Assembly: GCA_965649825.1 (NCBI GenBank) | Contig: OZ287699.1 | Location: forward strand, 558,001-622,000 | From: Penicillus capitatus | Lineage: Eukaryota; Plantae; Chlorophyta | Length of the DNA: 64,000 nucleotides | Direction of reading: 5' to 3' | In this document: one piece after another, positions 1 to 12,373 of the stretch | Layout: every line of letters starts with the position of its first letter | Position numbering within the stretch: position 1 is the stretch's first letter | The notes under the pieces: model-generated | What the model saw: the letters and a program-made list of their open reading frames with translations, nothing else | Database searches by the model: none | Told to the model about the DNA's origin: nothing | Translations under genes and position numbers: made by a program

Positions 1-143
1 CAGGCGATGGGGGACAGGAGCACCTAAGAGACTCGACATCGTGCAGTCGAAAGGAGAAACGCAACGATCGGCGCCACAAACGGTAAGATGCGTACAATGA
101 TGAGGGATCAAATATGATTCGTCGTCGTCGTCGGCAACAAGGA

Positions 144-2041
144 TTATTGTCGAGTGGGCACACCGAAGTTCTCCCAGACGCGAATCTCTCCGCGACTGCC
201 GCCAGTGACAAAGACCTGACCCCAGAGGCGAAACTCAGGAGGCAGCGTTTCGGCTGTGGGCGTCGTCAAGCCGATCATTTTCATAAGGGCATGGTCATTG
301 CTGCCCGACGGAGATCCCACGTCGAGTTTCTCACAGGGACGACGACAGATGTCGGGGCAGAAAGTAGCACATGGACAGAATCCGTGATGCGCTTGAAAGC
401 ACTCCCATTCTGAGAGCTTTTCGCGTTCTTGTTTCTTGAATGGCCGTGCAGCACCTGTCCAGACGTACACGCGACCATCATCCGATCCAGAAATGAGATA
501 GGACCCATCGACCGTCGGCGAGGCGACGATGGGACGACCAGAATCGTTGGCATGACCCTTGAACTTGCACAGATGTCGCGGAGGTGTTGTTGCCTGGAAC
601 AGTGCCATATGGTGGAGAGGGATAAGATGGGGAGAGGACTTGAAGGAGACGGATGCGTGAGTCATGTGTGCTGACGATAAATGTGTGATCGCCGACGTTG
701 GCGCGAACGATGCCTGTGACTTTTGTTCCCTTTCGATGACGTCCCGTGCGATTCTTGACATCAATCTCTGCACGTTTTTCTAATCGATTGCCGTTAAGAT
801 TGTAGATGCGACATCGACCTGGAGTGCGAACGGGGGTCATTGTTTTTTGATGTGACGTGAGAGGAGGTACCGTCAAAGCAGCCGGCAACGATCGTCCGGC
901 CATCTGCCGAGAAACACAAGGCCGTGAAAATGTCCTTCTCGCTGGCGATGCTCGCAGAGGCAACGACTTTGTACTCTGCGATATTCCAAAGTCGGAGGAC
1001 GCCGTCTCCAGAACCTAAGATCACACTTTTCTGGATGCACGCAAAGAGTGAACCGCGTTGTCTGCCTGAGATGAATCGACCGGCATCGAGGGGGTGGAAC
1101 CGAATTGAAGTAACGTAGTTGACATGAGGGAATTCCCGTAAGCAGTTCTCATGTCGAACATGCCACAGTCTCACACTTTTATCCAGAGCAGCCGATAGTA
1201 CAAATTCGGATTTGTGTGACCAACAAATATCGAGGATGTCAGATTTGTGCCCCCGGAATACTTGGAGAGGTACTGGATCGAATACGGGGATGTCGACTTT
1301 TTTCAGTGTTGAAGACTTTCTGTAAAAAGAGTGAGCGAGCAAAAAGAGTGAGATTGCCATACCTATTTTCCATCACTTGCCAGATGTAAACGTTTCCATC
1401 TTCTCCACCTGTTGCAAGCATGTTGTGATTCGGACTAAATTGCATGACCCAAACGACTCCTTGATGGATCTTTATTTCTTGTACGAGCCGCAAATCTGAC
1501 AGACATTTTTCGGACCTTTTGTTCGTCATCACCTTGCCATGAATGGACATCTCACTCTTTTATTAAGAGTGAGAAAACGTACAGGTCGTGTCTGATCGAT
1601 GCATGGTTCTCTGACAGAGTGTCGTGAGCACGGTGAAGGACTTTCTGAAATCTTCCGTCTAGTTCGATGGACAAAACTGAGTAAGGATGCACGCCTATCT
1701 CACACTTTACGCATTTTCTCACTCTTTTCTCTCGTTGCCTTACCCTGGGCTTCCCATCGACGGGTCACTCACTTGCCGTGGAGTGTTCTGGAGATCCTCT
1801 TGCGGTTCCTAAACAGAAAGACGTTGTCTTGGATGACGGTGATGAAGCACAGCTTCCCCACAGGCGTCCCAGGTTTGGGCAATTTTAGATATCCAAAGAG
1901 GTCGAGGAAATCGTCGACAGCAATCTGTTCGCCGTCCGAGATTTCGATACGGTCGCCGCTTTCATTAATGCGATATCTCTTTCCCGTCTCCAAGTCTTTG
2001 ATGATGAATTCTTCGTCGCTCAGCGCCGGTTCTGCGCTCAT
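144..2041 (-). CDS. WD40-repeat protein (WDR44-like), multi-exon
   Basis: Spliced frames give WD40 repeats: IHQGVVWVMQFSPNHNMLATGGEDGNVYIW, FRGHKSDILDICWS...LSAALDKSVRLW, FKGHAND...LISGSDDGRVYVW. Introns are 43-55 nt. ATG at 2041. Confidence 0.85.
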
Positions 2042-2210
2042 GATATGGTGGTGGTCAGCAAAATGAAAGCAATGAAGGTAAGGGACGGATGACGTGTGCG
2101 TGCGTGCGTTCGTTCGAGATCCAATGCGTCCAAGAGCCCTTCCTGAGAGTCTAACGACCTCGCGACGACCCGCGGGCGCGGTGCAAGGAAACAGCGATTC
2201 AGCAACGTCC

Positions 2211-2612
2211 ATGCGAACGGCCGTTATCTCCACCGAAACGATCCAACAAGTCCTACGCCATACGGCAAATTATCACACTAACGAAATGCATGATGGCTAG
2301 TACTTAAGCGAGAATCATGCACTTATCAAAGCCATCATGGAGGCCACCAGTCGTAACGAAGTGGCGGACTGCGCTCGGTTAGAACCTCTCTTTGTGCAGA
2401 TAACGCATGTCTCTGCTGGATGGTAGGTATCAACAGAAGCTTCAACAGAATCTGATGTACCTAGCCGCCATTGCCGATGCCCAGCCTCAACCTCCAATCC
2501 AAACAACCCAGGCACCTTCCTGTATGAAATTGTGTCCCGTTAGATTTTCTCCTCTCTTATACAGGGGATGCCAGCTCGGTTGCCAGCAGACTCCAATTCG
2601 ACTATGTCATAA
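2211..2612 (+). CDS. GIF: SSXT-domain protein (GRF-interacting factor / SS18-like)
   Basis: Joining exons across short introns gives ISTETIQQYLSENHALIKAIME...CARYQQKLQQNLMYLAAIADAQP, which matches the SSXT consensus. The last intron (GC-AG, 2512-2564) is less certain. Confidence 0.85.
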
Positions 2613-2708
2613 GATCTTACAGCGGATGTCCGGCAGCAAAATCGAAAAGCAGATCAAAGCATGCTCAAAAATGCACAAGGCTTGAAGGTCGTACAAAATT
2701 GTGTAGCA

Positions 2709-4036
2709 TCATGGGTTGGTTGGCTTCGTCTTGCCTCGAATCCGGACATGCAGTTTCTCTTCTGAGCTCGCCGTCGCTCCGAGAAGCTTTTCCTCTGTTT
2801 TCAACTGCTGTTCCAATCCAACGAGATGATTAAACTCTTTAAGTGTGACCATCTTGTCCAGCTCATCCTTCGTGCTGCCTTTCTCGGCCAAAGTCTTATA
2901 GACTTCTCTCAACGCTCTTGTCGCCGCCAACAAACCTAATCTCACACTTTTTACCAGATGAGTGATCTGTGCCCTCTCATGCCTGTGAGGGGATGGACAA
3001 CGATATGGAATCCCAGCTCTTGCAGCTCATCTAGATTTTTCATGGGCGTCAGACCACCCTCTAGTATATTACAGACACGCAGACCCTGTAGGAGAGAAGC
3101 AGTAAATGAGTAACACGTGTGAGGGTGTGCGTGCTTTTGTTCTCTTGCCGATTTCTTGCAGTTCGTAACGGCTTCTGGGAGCTTCGACGAAACCGGCATC
3201 CGCTCCAGCATCCTGTCGACTGAAAGAGTGACGGAGAAGCTGGGAAGAAGCTGTAGACCATGTAGAGATTGACACGGGTGATCGCTTCATCCAGTCCACG
3301 TTTCGCAGATGTTCCACGGGCATCTGTCCGAGCAATGAGAAAGAAATCTGCACCGTTGATAGCTTCAGACGCCGCATAGATCTAGCTCACAGCTTCTCGA
3401 TAGCTTCTTGTTTTGTAAGAGGCAGAAACGGCGGACCTTGGAAGCATGCTCCTCCATGGAGATGACTTCTTTGCCTCGCAGATGACCACCCATTTTGGGC
3501 CAGACCTGATCCTCGATGCAGCATCCCTTGCATCCAGCCTTGATCAACTGCCGCACTGTTCTCTGAACATTCAACACTCCACCACCACCTGCAGCTTCCT
3601 ATAAGCTTTTTCCTCTATTCGAGTAATGCCTGCCTGTATCCGCATCGGCAATGATCGGAAGATCGGGAACCGCATTGTGAATCTGTCCTGCTTTGCGTGC
3701 CATCTCCGGCGGCGTCAAGATCCCCAAGTCTGGTTCTCCGAGCAACGTAGCTGAGACGCCGAGTCCGCTGATAAAAGCCGCTTTGTGTCTTTCACTCTGC
3801 AGAATCCTGGCCGACCAGGCATCGTAGACGCCTTCAGGTCGCAAGGCCGATAGTGAAATGGCAGCCAGCGGTCGTCAACACGTACCCGGAAGTAACACGA
3901 TGCCGTTTTCGTCGATCAGTCGATGTACCGTCGTTTTCCGTGGCTTGGTGCCATTGCCTGCCGCAGCGACGCGACTCGCTGATCGGTACGCGTGGGATCT
4001 AACACGCCAGTAAACATTCGATGCTGCGACCTCCAT
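2709..4036 (-). CDS. Isocitrate lyase/PEP mutase family enzyme (PrpB / 2,3-dimethylmalate lyase-like)
   Basis: PGVYDAWSA, FISGLGVSATLLGEPDLG, IIADADTG, CCIEDQVWPKMGGHL, FFLIARTDAR, DAGFVEAP; multi-exon. Confidence 0.85.
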
Positions 4037-4199
4037 TCCGGTAAGAATCATGACGGTCCATTAAACAAACGACGCCGAAACCGATGTCGTTTGGTAAACA
4101 ATTTCGAGCACCACATGTTCAGCGATGTCAACCGACTGAGGATTGACCGTCCAAGAACGAACGCAGCAGCAAACAAACAAACAATAAAGAATGTGACGA

Positions 4200-5380
4200 T
4201 TAATTGGGGAACAATAAGTGTGAGACTTTCTCCACAGTATAGAGCATCACAGCATTCGCAGGAGCGGCCCGTACAAGACACGGTGAGAAGCCCTTGTAGA
4301 AGCGTCGAATGCCGCCATCTGCAAAGAGTTTCTGTCACAGAACAATCAAACGTCACTCTTTCTCACTCTTTTGTGACATGCGTTCTTACTTGAGCTGTCG
4401 GCACGAGACGAGGATAGGCGCGCTCTGATTTGACGATCGCATCGGACATCTGGGCAGATTTGATGACGTCGATCGGGTAGGTCAGGCACCAGTACATAAG
4501 CCCACCGATTCCGGCGGCGGAGAGAATGACGTAAGATGGCAGTTCCGAGGTTTTGCATTCCAATCTCTTCGCCATTTGCTCTTTCATCACCTGAAATGAT
4601 CCGAGGTAGACAGAATTGCCGGGGACATTGCGCAGAATAGTGGGAGCCAGTCCCTGAAAGGGACCCCGGATGCCGTTGGCCTTCAACGACTTATTGACGA
4701 CGTCCATAATGCCGGTAAAAGGTGGCTTGTAATTGGGATCGGCTTTGGCTCGAATGATCTGCACTTGGATCTGGGATTTGTAGAAATCGATGGGGCCTTC
4801 GGTAAAAGCGGCTGCAAAGCCTGTCATGGCACCTGCCTTGTAGAAGTCAGCCGTCGTCAGCTTTCGAACTGTCCCATCAGCATTCGTGCCCAGATACCGC
4901 TGCGATGCGCCAAAGGCTGTGAAAAGAGTTGCCCGAAAGAACATCTGTCCTGCAAGCGGAGAAGTCACACCCTGTCACATCATCTCACACTTTTGTCCGA
5001 GGGCACAACACAGCGAAAATCACACCTTGTACAGTCCTCCCATTCCTTCCCATTGAATCGTCTTTTTAAAACAATCGACCAGACCATCTAACAGGACACT
5101 TCTCGTCAGCGAACGAACGAACATCCGCTTGGCATTACGGTAGATGGGCGGATTGGTAGGCTGCGTCTGAAGTCGAACTTTGAGTGTGTCGAACGGATGG
5201 CCGACGAGAGTGACGGATAGGCCACCTGAAGCAATTCGGGTCACGAGCGACAAGAGCCGCGTCCGAGGAGGTTTCACCCGCGGTGCCGGCAACGATGTCT
5301 CCCACCACTTTGAAAATACCCGACGTGACAACCGGGGCCACGGCTGTCGATGCCACAACGTCTTGCGGTTTTGTCGTCAT
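4200..5380 (-). CDS. Mitochondrial carrier (carnitine/acylcarnitine carrier-like, SLC25)
   Basis: Three carrier signatures: [36 protein letters not shown]. The C-terminal exon reads [21 protein letters not shown]. Confidence 0.9.
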
Positions 5381-5626
5381 CTCGAGACTTCGCGGGCGGT
5401 GTTTGACAAAGAACTGCGAAAGCGAGCAGTCGGCAAAGATCGATCGTAGATTCTCCAACGGTGATGGGACACTTCACGATGGGACGTCTTCAGATATGGC
5501 CTGACCGCGAGCGTAACACAGGAGCAACCGTTTGGTCGAACGATCTTCCCACCATCCAACTGCAAGTGCGTTTTTTCTTGTCACCCTTCGTTTGTGCGCG
5601 TCATCTATTTTCGCACGACCACACCT

Positions 5627-6532
5627 ATGCTTCAATCTATGTCTACTCTCTTCGTATTCATCGCTGTCTTATGTATCCACGTGTGCGTTGGCCAAACTGC
5701 TTCGGCTCCAGAAATGCAGCCGTCGAACGAAGGTGACGTCGACGACATCGACGCCATCGCGTTCGTCGAGGAACACGGGATCGAAGCGTATGATGAGATT
5801 TTCTATCACAGGCGCTCAGACAATGTCACGGCATGTCTACAGTCTCCAGATGCCAGAAGCCGCGTCATCCAGATTTGTATGTCGCACACCATCATGGAGC
5901 AGTGTACTATCGGCGGAAAGAAATCGCACTTCAACTTTCATGACTGTCAGGGACGCTCATGCATTTCAGCCTTTTCGAGAGAACTGTCCATGTGTTTGCT
6001 GGAGAAGTCAGGCGTCATACCTGAACTGAACAGAGAGCTGAGCGAGGAATGGATATGCGCTCTGCCTACGGGTGGACATCCCATCTTCGAGTGGCAGCCG
6101 CCTGCTTTTATACAAGCGATGGGAAACAGAAGTCACTTTGACTGTTTGACGGCATTGCCTCCGAAGACACTCCTGGAACGTAGAGTCACGTGCGAAGACG
6201 GATACCCTATCGTGGAACACCGCTTGACATTTGTTTCTGAGTCATTTTTAAGAACCAATGAACGAAAAGTGCGATGCGTGGCATCACAGTCATGTGGATT
6301 GCCTGGGATCTTTACTGGAGAACTGGCATGTTACGCAGTCGCAGCTGAGGAGGAGGACGATCGTGATAACGGCGATGATGATGCACTGGATTTTGCAATT
6401 GCCGAATCTCCCGAGACATCTTTAGAGATTTTCGATGACAGTAGTCATGCTGTTAGAGCAGCCTTCTCTGCAGAAGGATGGATGATAGTGATGGCCCTAC
6501 TGATGATCTTTTTGAGTCTATTTTTTCAATGA
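5627..6532 (+). CDS. Hypothetical secreted/surface protein, Cys-rich, with C-terminal hydrophobic tail (possible GPI anchor)
   Basis: Intronless ORF of ~300 codons with an N-terminal signal-like segment (LFVFIAVLCIHVCVG), many Cys, an acidic linker and a terminal hydrophobic stretch (WMIVMALLMIFLSLFFQ). Confidence 0.6.
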   Translation: MLQSMSTLFVFIAVLCIHVCVGQTASAPEMQPSNEGDVDDIDAIAFVEEHGIEAYDEIFYHRRSDNVTACLQSPDARSRVIQICMSHTIMEQCTIGGKKSHFNFHDCQGRSCISAFSRELSMCLLEKSGVIPELNRELSEEWICALPTGGHPIFEWQPPAFIQAMGNRSHFDCLTALPPKTLLERRVTCEDGYPIVEHRLTFVSESFLRTNERKVRCVASQSCGLPGIFTGELACYAVAAEEEDDRDNGDDDALDFAIAESPETSLEIFDDSSHAVRAAFSAEGWMIVMALLMIFLSLFFQ

Positions 6533-7026
6533 TGTTCATTCGACGAAGTTTATCTCCCTTCAAGACCAATACAGACGCCATTCATTCCATGCCCATCGCA
6601 GACATCCGATGTCCTAATGGATTGCTGGGTAGAATGGATGCACAGTACATAGACAACATTCACACACATGGCCTTGGAGGATGAACCTGTGGGATTTTAG
6701 GATCTTTTTCTTACACACAATCTCTCTCCTTATATATGCATGCACATAATAATGACCTCAAGCCTCTATCAATTTATTCTTTTCTGCGCTATCGCTGAAA
6801 AGAGTGTGTTTGTATGGCTTCTCCTTTTTCTAGTAATTCATGCTGATGGGGGAAAGACTGATGACGTGATGGATCTAGGGAGTGTTTGTTTGTTCGTTTG
6901 GTTGCAATAATCAGGCGATCTATGTTCATAAAGCGTTCGGCGTCGTGCTTCCTGTGCGTTTGTTCACCCGTACCACCATTTGGCTCTCCGCCACAGAGCC
7001 CCGCCTTTGACGCCTTCTCCGCCAAA

Positions 7027-8575
7027 ATGCACACCTTTTCGTCGCTCCTCAACTCAGAGGCGACGCTCCCGGGCGTTGCTGACTACGAACACGTGGCGAC
7101 GCTCGTCCTCGGCGGTCTACTCGGATTCTTGGTGCGATCCAGCCATGGCCCCATCGCACACAACGTGTCTATCGACAGGTCGCGCTATGGGTCGGGTCCG
7201 GACGCAATACGAACATGACGGCACTCTCCCATTCCTATCTTCGCCGTGGCATCGCACTGATTATGCGCGGCATTGCCCTGCTCAAGTGTGGAGGTCGATA
7301 GTCACGGCCGTCCATCTTCGACGCGGTTTCTCTGCAGAGATGTGACGTTGGCCTCAATCTGGTGGACACCTCCTCCTCGCGTGCGTTCATGGGTAGAAAA
7401 TTCGTCAATGGGATCCACGTCGACCGTAACGGAAAGATCTTCGGCTGCTTCTTCGTCCTCAGACAAAACACGTACAGATTGGTAAGAGATCGCGATCTCG
7501 AGGTAGATGTCTTCCGAAAGAAATGATGTGACTAGGTATGGCACAGAACGTGACGTCGAAATTTTTTTGTCGCGCATCGGTGAAGACAACGGAAGGTGGA
7601 AGTGCATTTGTCAAAATACATTGGAAGGCTGCTTAAAATATGAAGCTTACTGCCGTATCTTGCCGGTTGCTCACTCTTTTGATCACAGATGATGTGACAT
7701 CTCGGTCTTATGTACTAGGGGGGTAAGACCGAATACAAGTCGGTGACGCTGGTGAAAGATGCCACAGCAGAAGAGATGACAGAGTTCTATCTGGATGATC
7801 AATGTCGTTGTCAATGGGTAAAGCAGTTTCTCACTCTTTTCGCCCGAGAATGTGTGACGGACTCTATAGGACAGTATGTTAGCGCATACCGAGCAACTCG
7901 AAAGCGGTTCCGTACGCGATCGCTGCGAAGTGGTGCGCTGGATTCGTCACTTTCCGTTTCCTTTTCTTACGGATCGAGAATACGTCATCGGCCGACGCAT
8001 TTTCCGTAAAGATGACATCATCTACACCGTCAGCAGGGTACCAAAGAGTGAGATCGTGCATTTCGAATATCGTTTTGTGTGATCAGGGCATTGAGCACGC
8101 CGCCGCGCCAATTCAAGATTCCTTGGTGCGCATGGACGTTTTCTATTCGATGTGGAGTTGTCGGGATATCGTGTGTCCTTGGGGAACAGATCAACGCGCC
8201 TGTGAAGTGGTGCTGCTGCACCATGAGCAGTTTAAGATCCCGGAGAAGCTCGCACGCTTCGCCGCCTGCAAAGGCATGTGGGGTTTCGTCAAGTCGATGG
8301 GTCCAGCCATGACATCCTACATCCAGACACAACGCGCAGCCTCTCGCTTTTCCCGTTTCTCGCATTCGAATTCCGAAATCAGTTTCACAACGAGCGAAGG
8401 CTCGAGCAGTTCGATGGAGCGCAACGGCAAACCGAACAAGCTCATGCGCACGGCAAAGCGTGCACTGATTGCGACGTTGGTGACGGTGATCCTCATCAGA
8501 AGATCCCAGGCTGCCCATTTGACAATGACATCTACTCGTACGACAACGAAAGCGAATGGATCCAAACAGAATTGA
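7027..8575 (+). CDS. START/lipid-transfer domain protein (PCTP-like)
   Basis: VRWIRHFPFPFLTDREYVIGRR, VRMDVFYSMW, EVVLLHHEQFKIPEKLARFAACKGMWGFV. The start codon is uncertain. Confidence 0.8.
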
Positions 8576-8959
8576 AAACCCTCTTGCCATATTTGATTGA
8601 ATGAAACAGCAACTGGTATCAAGGGATGTGTGTGTTCGTTCGTTCGTTTGTGCATGCTCTCGTGGGGAAGACACAACGGTTAAGATTTCTCCGTGGGGTA
8701 TCGATTTATGTTATTATCAAAGAAACAGCACGGGATGTGCGGTTTTGCCCATATGTTTGGCGCCGTTGTTGTCATTGGAATCCATTGTTATGATTGCGAA
8801 GTGAATGTCGTTTATAGAATGACCATTAGCCAGCCGTGTACTCTTTGTTCTCATGAGAGCTAAGTTACATGCATCACAACAGACAATAAAGTATACGCCT
8901 GTCGAGAACGGCACAAGATTGTGGCAGGCATCCCGCAGAAAGGCAAAACTGGATTCGGA

Positions 8960-11900
8960 TCACACGCGTGGCTCCACTAGCAGAAAACCTTCTCTCATGC
9001 GTTCCAGTTCTTCCAAGACTTCATCGATCATCGGCCGTTGCTGTGGATCTTCTGCCCAGCAGCGTTTGGCCAATTCTGTGTAGCATTCAGGGACGCCGTC
9101 TTCGAATGTTGGCCGCCAGTTATCGTACATGATTTTTTTGATGATCAGAAAAGGCGGTACCCCTTCCAAGGGACTCTCTTTGGAAACCAGTTCCCACATG
9201 ACGATTCCAAAAGAGTACACGTCAGATGCAGCTGTCAGTCGCTCCTCTCGGAAGAGCTCCGGAGGCATATGGGTTACGGTACCCGTCGTCTGCGTCGAAA
9301 CATGTGTTGCATGCATCCCTAGCTCACGGCTCAATCCTGTACCCCAAACAAAGATCACACTTTGTATAGCGGTCACACTTTTGGCTCACCGAAATCAGCC
9401 ACTTTCGCCACGAAGCGTTTTCGTTCGTGCGAGCTTCCATTCAACAGGATGTTGGAAGATTTCAGATCGCCGTGGATCGTATTGCGATGCTTCAGGTAGA
9501 GCATTCCTCTGCAGATATCCACACACGTCTCGACAACCAGCACCTGCAGAATGATCCTTCGATCGTGGAGGCATCGATCACACGACGGACCATATTGAGT
9601 CGCTGTCCTTTCACGAATTTTCCTTTCCTTATGGCCTTGTCTAGACTGCCCATGTCACAGTACTCCTGAACGAGCCATGTCTCGACGCGATCTGTCGAGA
9701 AGCTTCGCCCTGTCGAGGTCAAATCCAAGCTGCTACTCATGCTCCTAAACAGCCACGAAATCTTGTGGAAAGAGTGACTGAATACCGGTCACACTTTGGT
9801 GGCGGTTCTGGCCGATACTCATTCGGAACCATTTCAGCCAAATTGAGATATCCACCGCCGCCGCCGCCGATTTCTTTCCTTTCCGACGTCGGCGTTGGAG
9901 GGGCAGGTGGACTGGCAGGAGTCTGGATGACCTAAGATATCGCATATCAGCCGTCTAATCTGAAGGCAGATGCGTGGAGTGACCGGATGTTGCTGACTGA
10001 CCGTCGGGATATGTTCATCCTGCTTTATTTCACGAGTCGTTTGTACGAATGTCTGGACAATGTTCGGATGGTGCAAGTTAGAACTCAAAAGCGCTTCTCT
10101 CTGAGCAGAAGTGCCACGATAGCTCAGTCCATCATGCACGATGACCTTCACCGCTACCGTTGCGCCATTCCATGTGGCTACAATGATAAGGATTGCTCAC
10201 ACAAAACAAAAGAGTGAGTTCTTTACCTTTGAATACTTTTCCAAAGCTCCCAGCCCCGAGCAACGAACCCAATGTGACAGAACCCAACAAACGGCTTGCA
10301 GCTTGCTGATAGGTTTGATGCATATCCACGTTATATCTAGGAGGCAGACATGTTAAGTGTGACCCATAGCAGAGTGAGAGATAGTGTACGCAGCGAGAGG
10401 ATTGGTCGGAATTTCAGGTGTGAGAAATGTCCTCCGTGCTTCCTGGATACCCGTCTTCTCAGCGATCCGAGCCGTCACAGATCCTGTGGAGCGATCGGAT
10501 GCCGGTCCCGACCATCGCTCACTCAGTCGAAACCTGCACATATGCTCAAAACCGGAAAATGTGTGAGAATCACACCTGTAGATGGTAAATACACAGACCG
10601 CCATCAACACGCACATGACCCCAACAATGACAGCGGCTGAGAAGATCAAGGTCTGCTTGTCAGACGGATGTTGGGTGACGGGGATCGCCGTGCCCGGGTG
10701 ACTCTCTGAGTATTCCACGACGTTTTTGGAGTCGGTGCCGTTAATCACGCCTGCCGGAGGTGGAATAACCGTAACCAGACACTGACGCACATGGTATCGC
10801 ACACCGAAGGCCAGATCCCCATTACCATCTCCCCTTTCGATCAAAAAAGACGCATCTTCAATAAATATGGCACCTGAAGGGCACTCGGCCTCTTTCGGAC
10901 ATTTTTCTGCAACGCAGAGGGCAGCAGAGTCGAGATGGGAAGGCATCAATAAGGAGGTGCTTACTCAGCTGACAGCTCTTGAATTCGGTGAGTCGTGAGC
11001 GGCAGTCTTCTGCTTTCCAAACCTCGATTTGTTGTCGTCCACTGCCAAGGCCATCGGGCCGTGTTCTCTTGCGCAGTCCTTTGACCATCCTCTTCAGGTC
11101 ACTGTTACCGAACCCATGCTGCGTGTCCATTTCGATGATCACATTTTCCAACACCACCGTTGCCCGTGGGGAAGCGTCGATGAATGGAAAGATGACTGGC
11201 CATTCGTCCGATGAGAAAATATTGCGCAGGATGAGATCCGTCACGCGAATAATAGGAACACCTGCCACCTAGTAACCCATTCGCACAGTTCATTCTCTCA
11301 GGCACCATCTAAGGCGGTGCTTACGGGAACGCAGCCGTACAACCGTTCTTGGAAATTGATGATGATGAATGGGGGAATGGAGCGACTCGGCTCATAGATG
11401 GTGGTGTTCACCAGCACAGGCTTCTTCTTGCAGATCTTGAAATCCAACGCCACGTTGTAAGGAATGGCAATATGATCATTCTCATTTTCAATTGCCTAAT
11501 GATGCATGGACTCACTCTTATGTGTAAAAGAGTGACCATACCAGTGAGAAGGCTTTCGATACACTAACGTCGGCCTTTTTCCGGTGGACGAATTTGATAA
11601 TGGTATGCGTCAGGTGCCACGTGTAGTTCGGCGTCCATGGGATGGTGGTGTTGTAGAAAATGAGAGCTCCATGTGGACACCTGATGCCCTCATTTCTGTC
11701 GCACCACCAGTCCGTTATGCGACTCCCAGCGCCATAGGGCAACGCCGAAGGATCATCCATGACGGAACGGAGATACTTCGCATTGCGGCGAATCGTTGGT
11801 CCGTTCTCTTCGATGAAGACTTCGACAACGCAGTGATCCAATTCCAGATGCGTCTCCGGAATAGCACCCCGTTCGTTCTTCTCTGGAAGATGGACCCTCA

Positions 11901-12373
11901 GATAATGCATTCTGTCACACTTTAGAGATATGTGCAAAAGTGTGAGAGGATGACCTTTTAGAAATTAACATTTGTCGTCCGGAAAGCATTTGGTGCAAAG
12001 AGCGCCCGTCGAGATCGATTTTGGGCCGATCCTCTTCACTATACCGCATTGGATAGGCGCTCACTTCGATCATGCTCTCAGGGAGGGGCAGCCGCTCTTG
12101 AGGGTTACTGGGAAATACCCATCCGTAATAGTTGCGCAGTTCCACATCGCTATCCAAATATACTAAAGTCCTGGATCTAAAAGAGTAACCGATTTTGCAA
12201 AAGAGTGAGAAGCGTGAGGAGGCGTACTTGTTTTTCATGGCGTCGTGAAATTGCTGTGAGTTGATGACAAGATGCCTCTCCTCTTGTTGACGATTGAACC
12301 CGCCGCTTGCCGCCGTCAGTGTGAGAACGTGGCATAAAAGTGTGAGAAAGATGCGTCCATGCGTCGACTTCAT
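8960..12373 (-). CDS. Receptor-like TKL-family Ser/Thr kinase (signal peptide, long ectodomain, TM helix, kinase)
   Basis: GSLLGAGSFGKVFK, VAVKV, IHGDLKSSNILL, VADFGLSREL, GTVTHMPPE, DVYSFGIVMWEL; TM segment LIFSAAVIVGVMCVLMAVCVFTIY; exons joined across ~10 short introns. Confidence 0.88.

Larger units (their letters stand above)
1021..12347. repeat. Dispersed cluster of a 10-12 bp motif AAAAG(A/T)GTGA(G/C), about 30 copies, mostly intronic
   Basis: Copies seen at ~1021, 1043, 1170, 1324, 1341, 1550, 1565, 1698, 1717, 2940, 3223, 4352, 4361, 4983, 7669, 7829, 8043, 9355, 9372, 9769, 9788, 10208, 10355, 10371, 11511, 11526, 11914, 11936, 12179, 12199, 12336. Confidence 0.85.

Noticed and set aside
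1015-1065. Introner/MITE origin for the motif-bearing introns
   Set aside because: The inverted motif copies are internal rather than terminal. Many introns have direct pairs or single copies, and the remaining intron sequences are not alignable by eye, with no target-site duplications. Not excluded for ancient elements.
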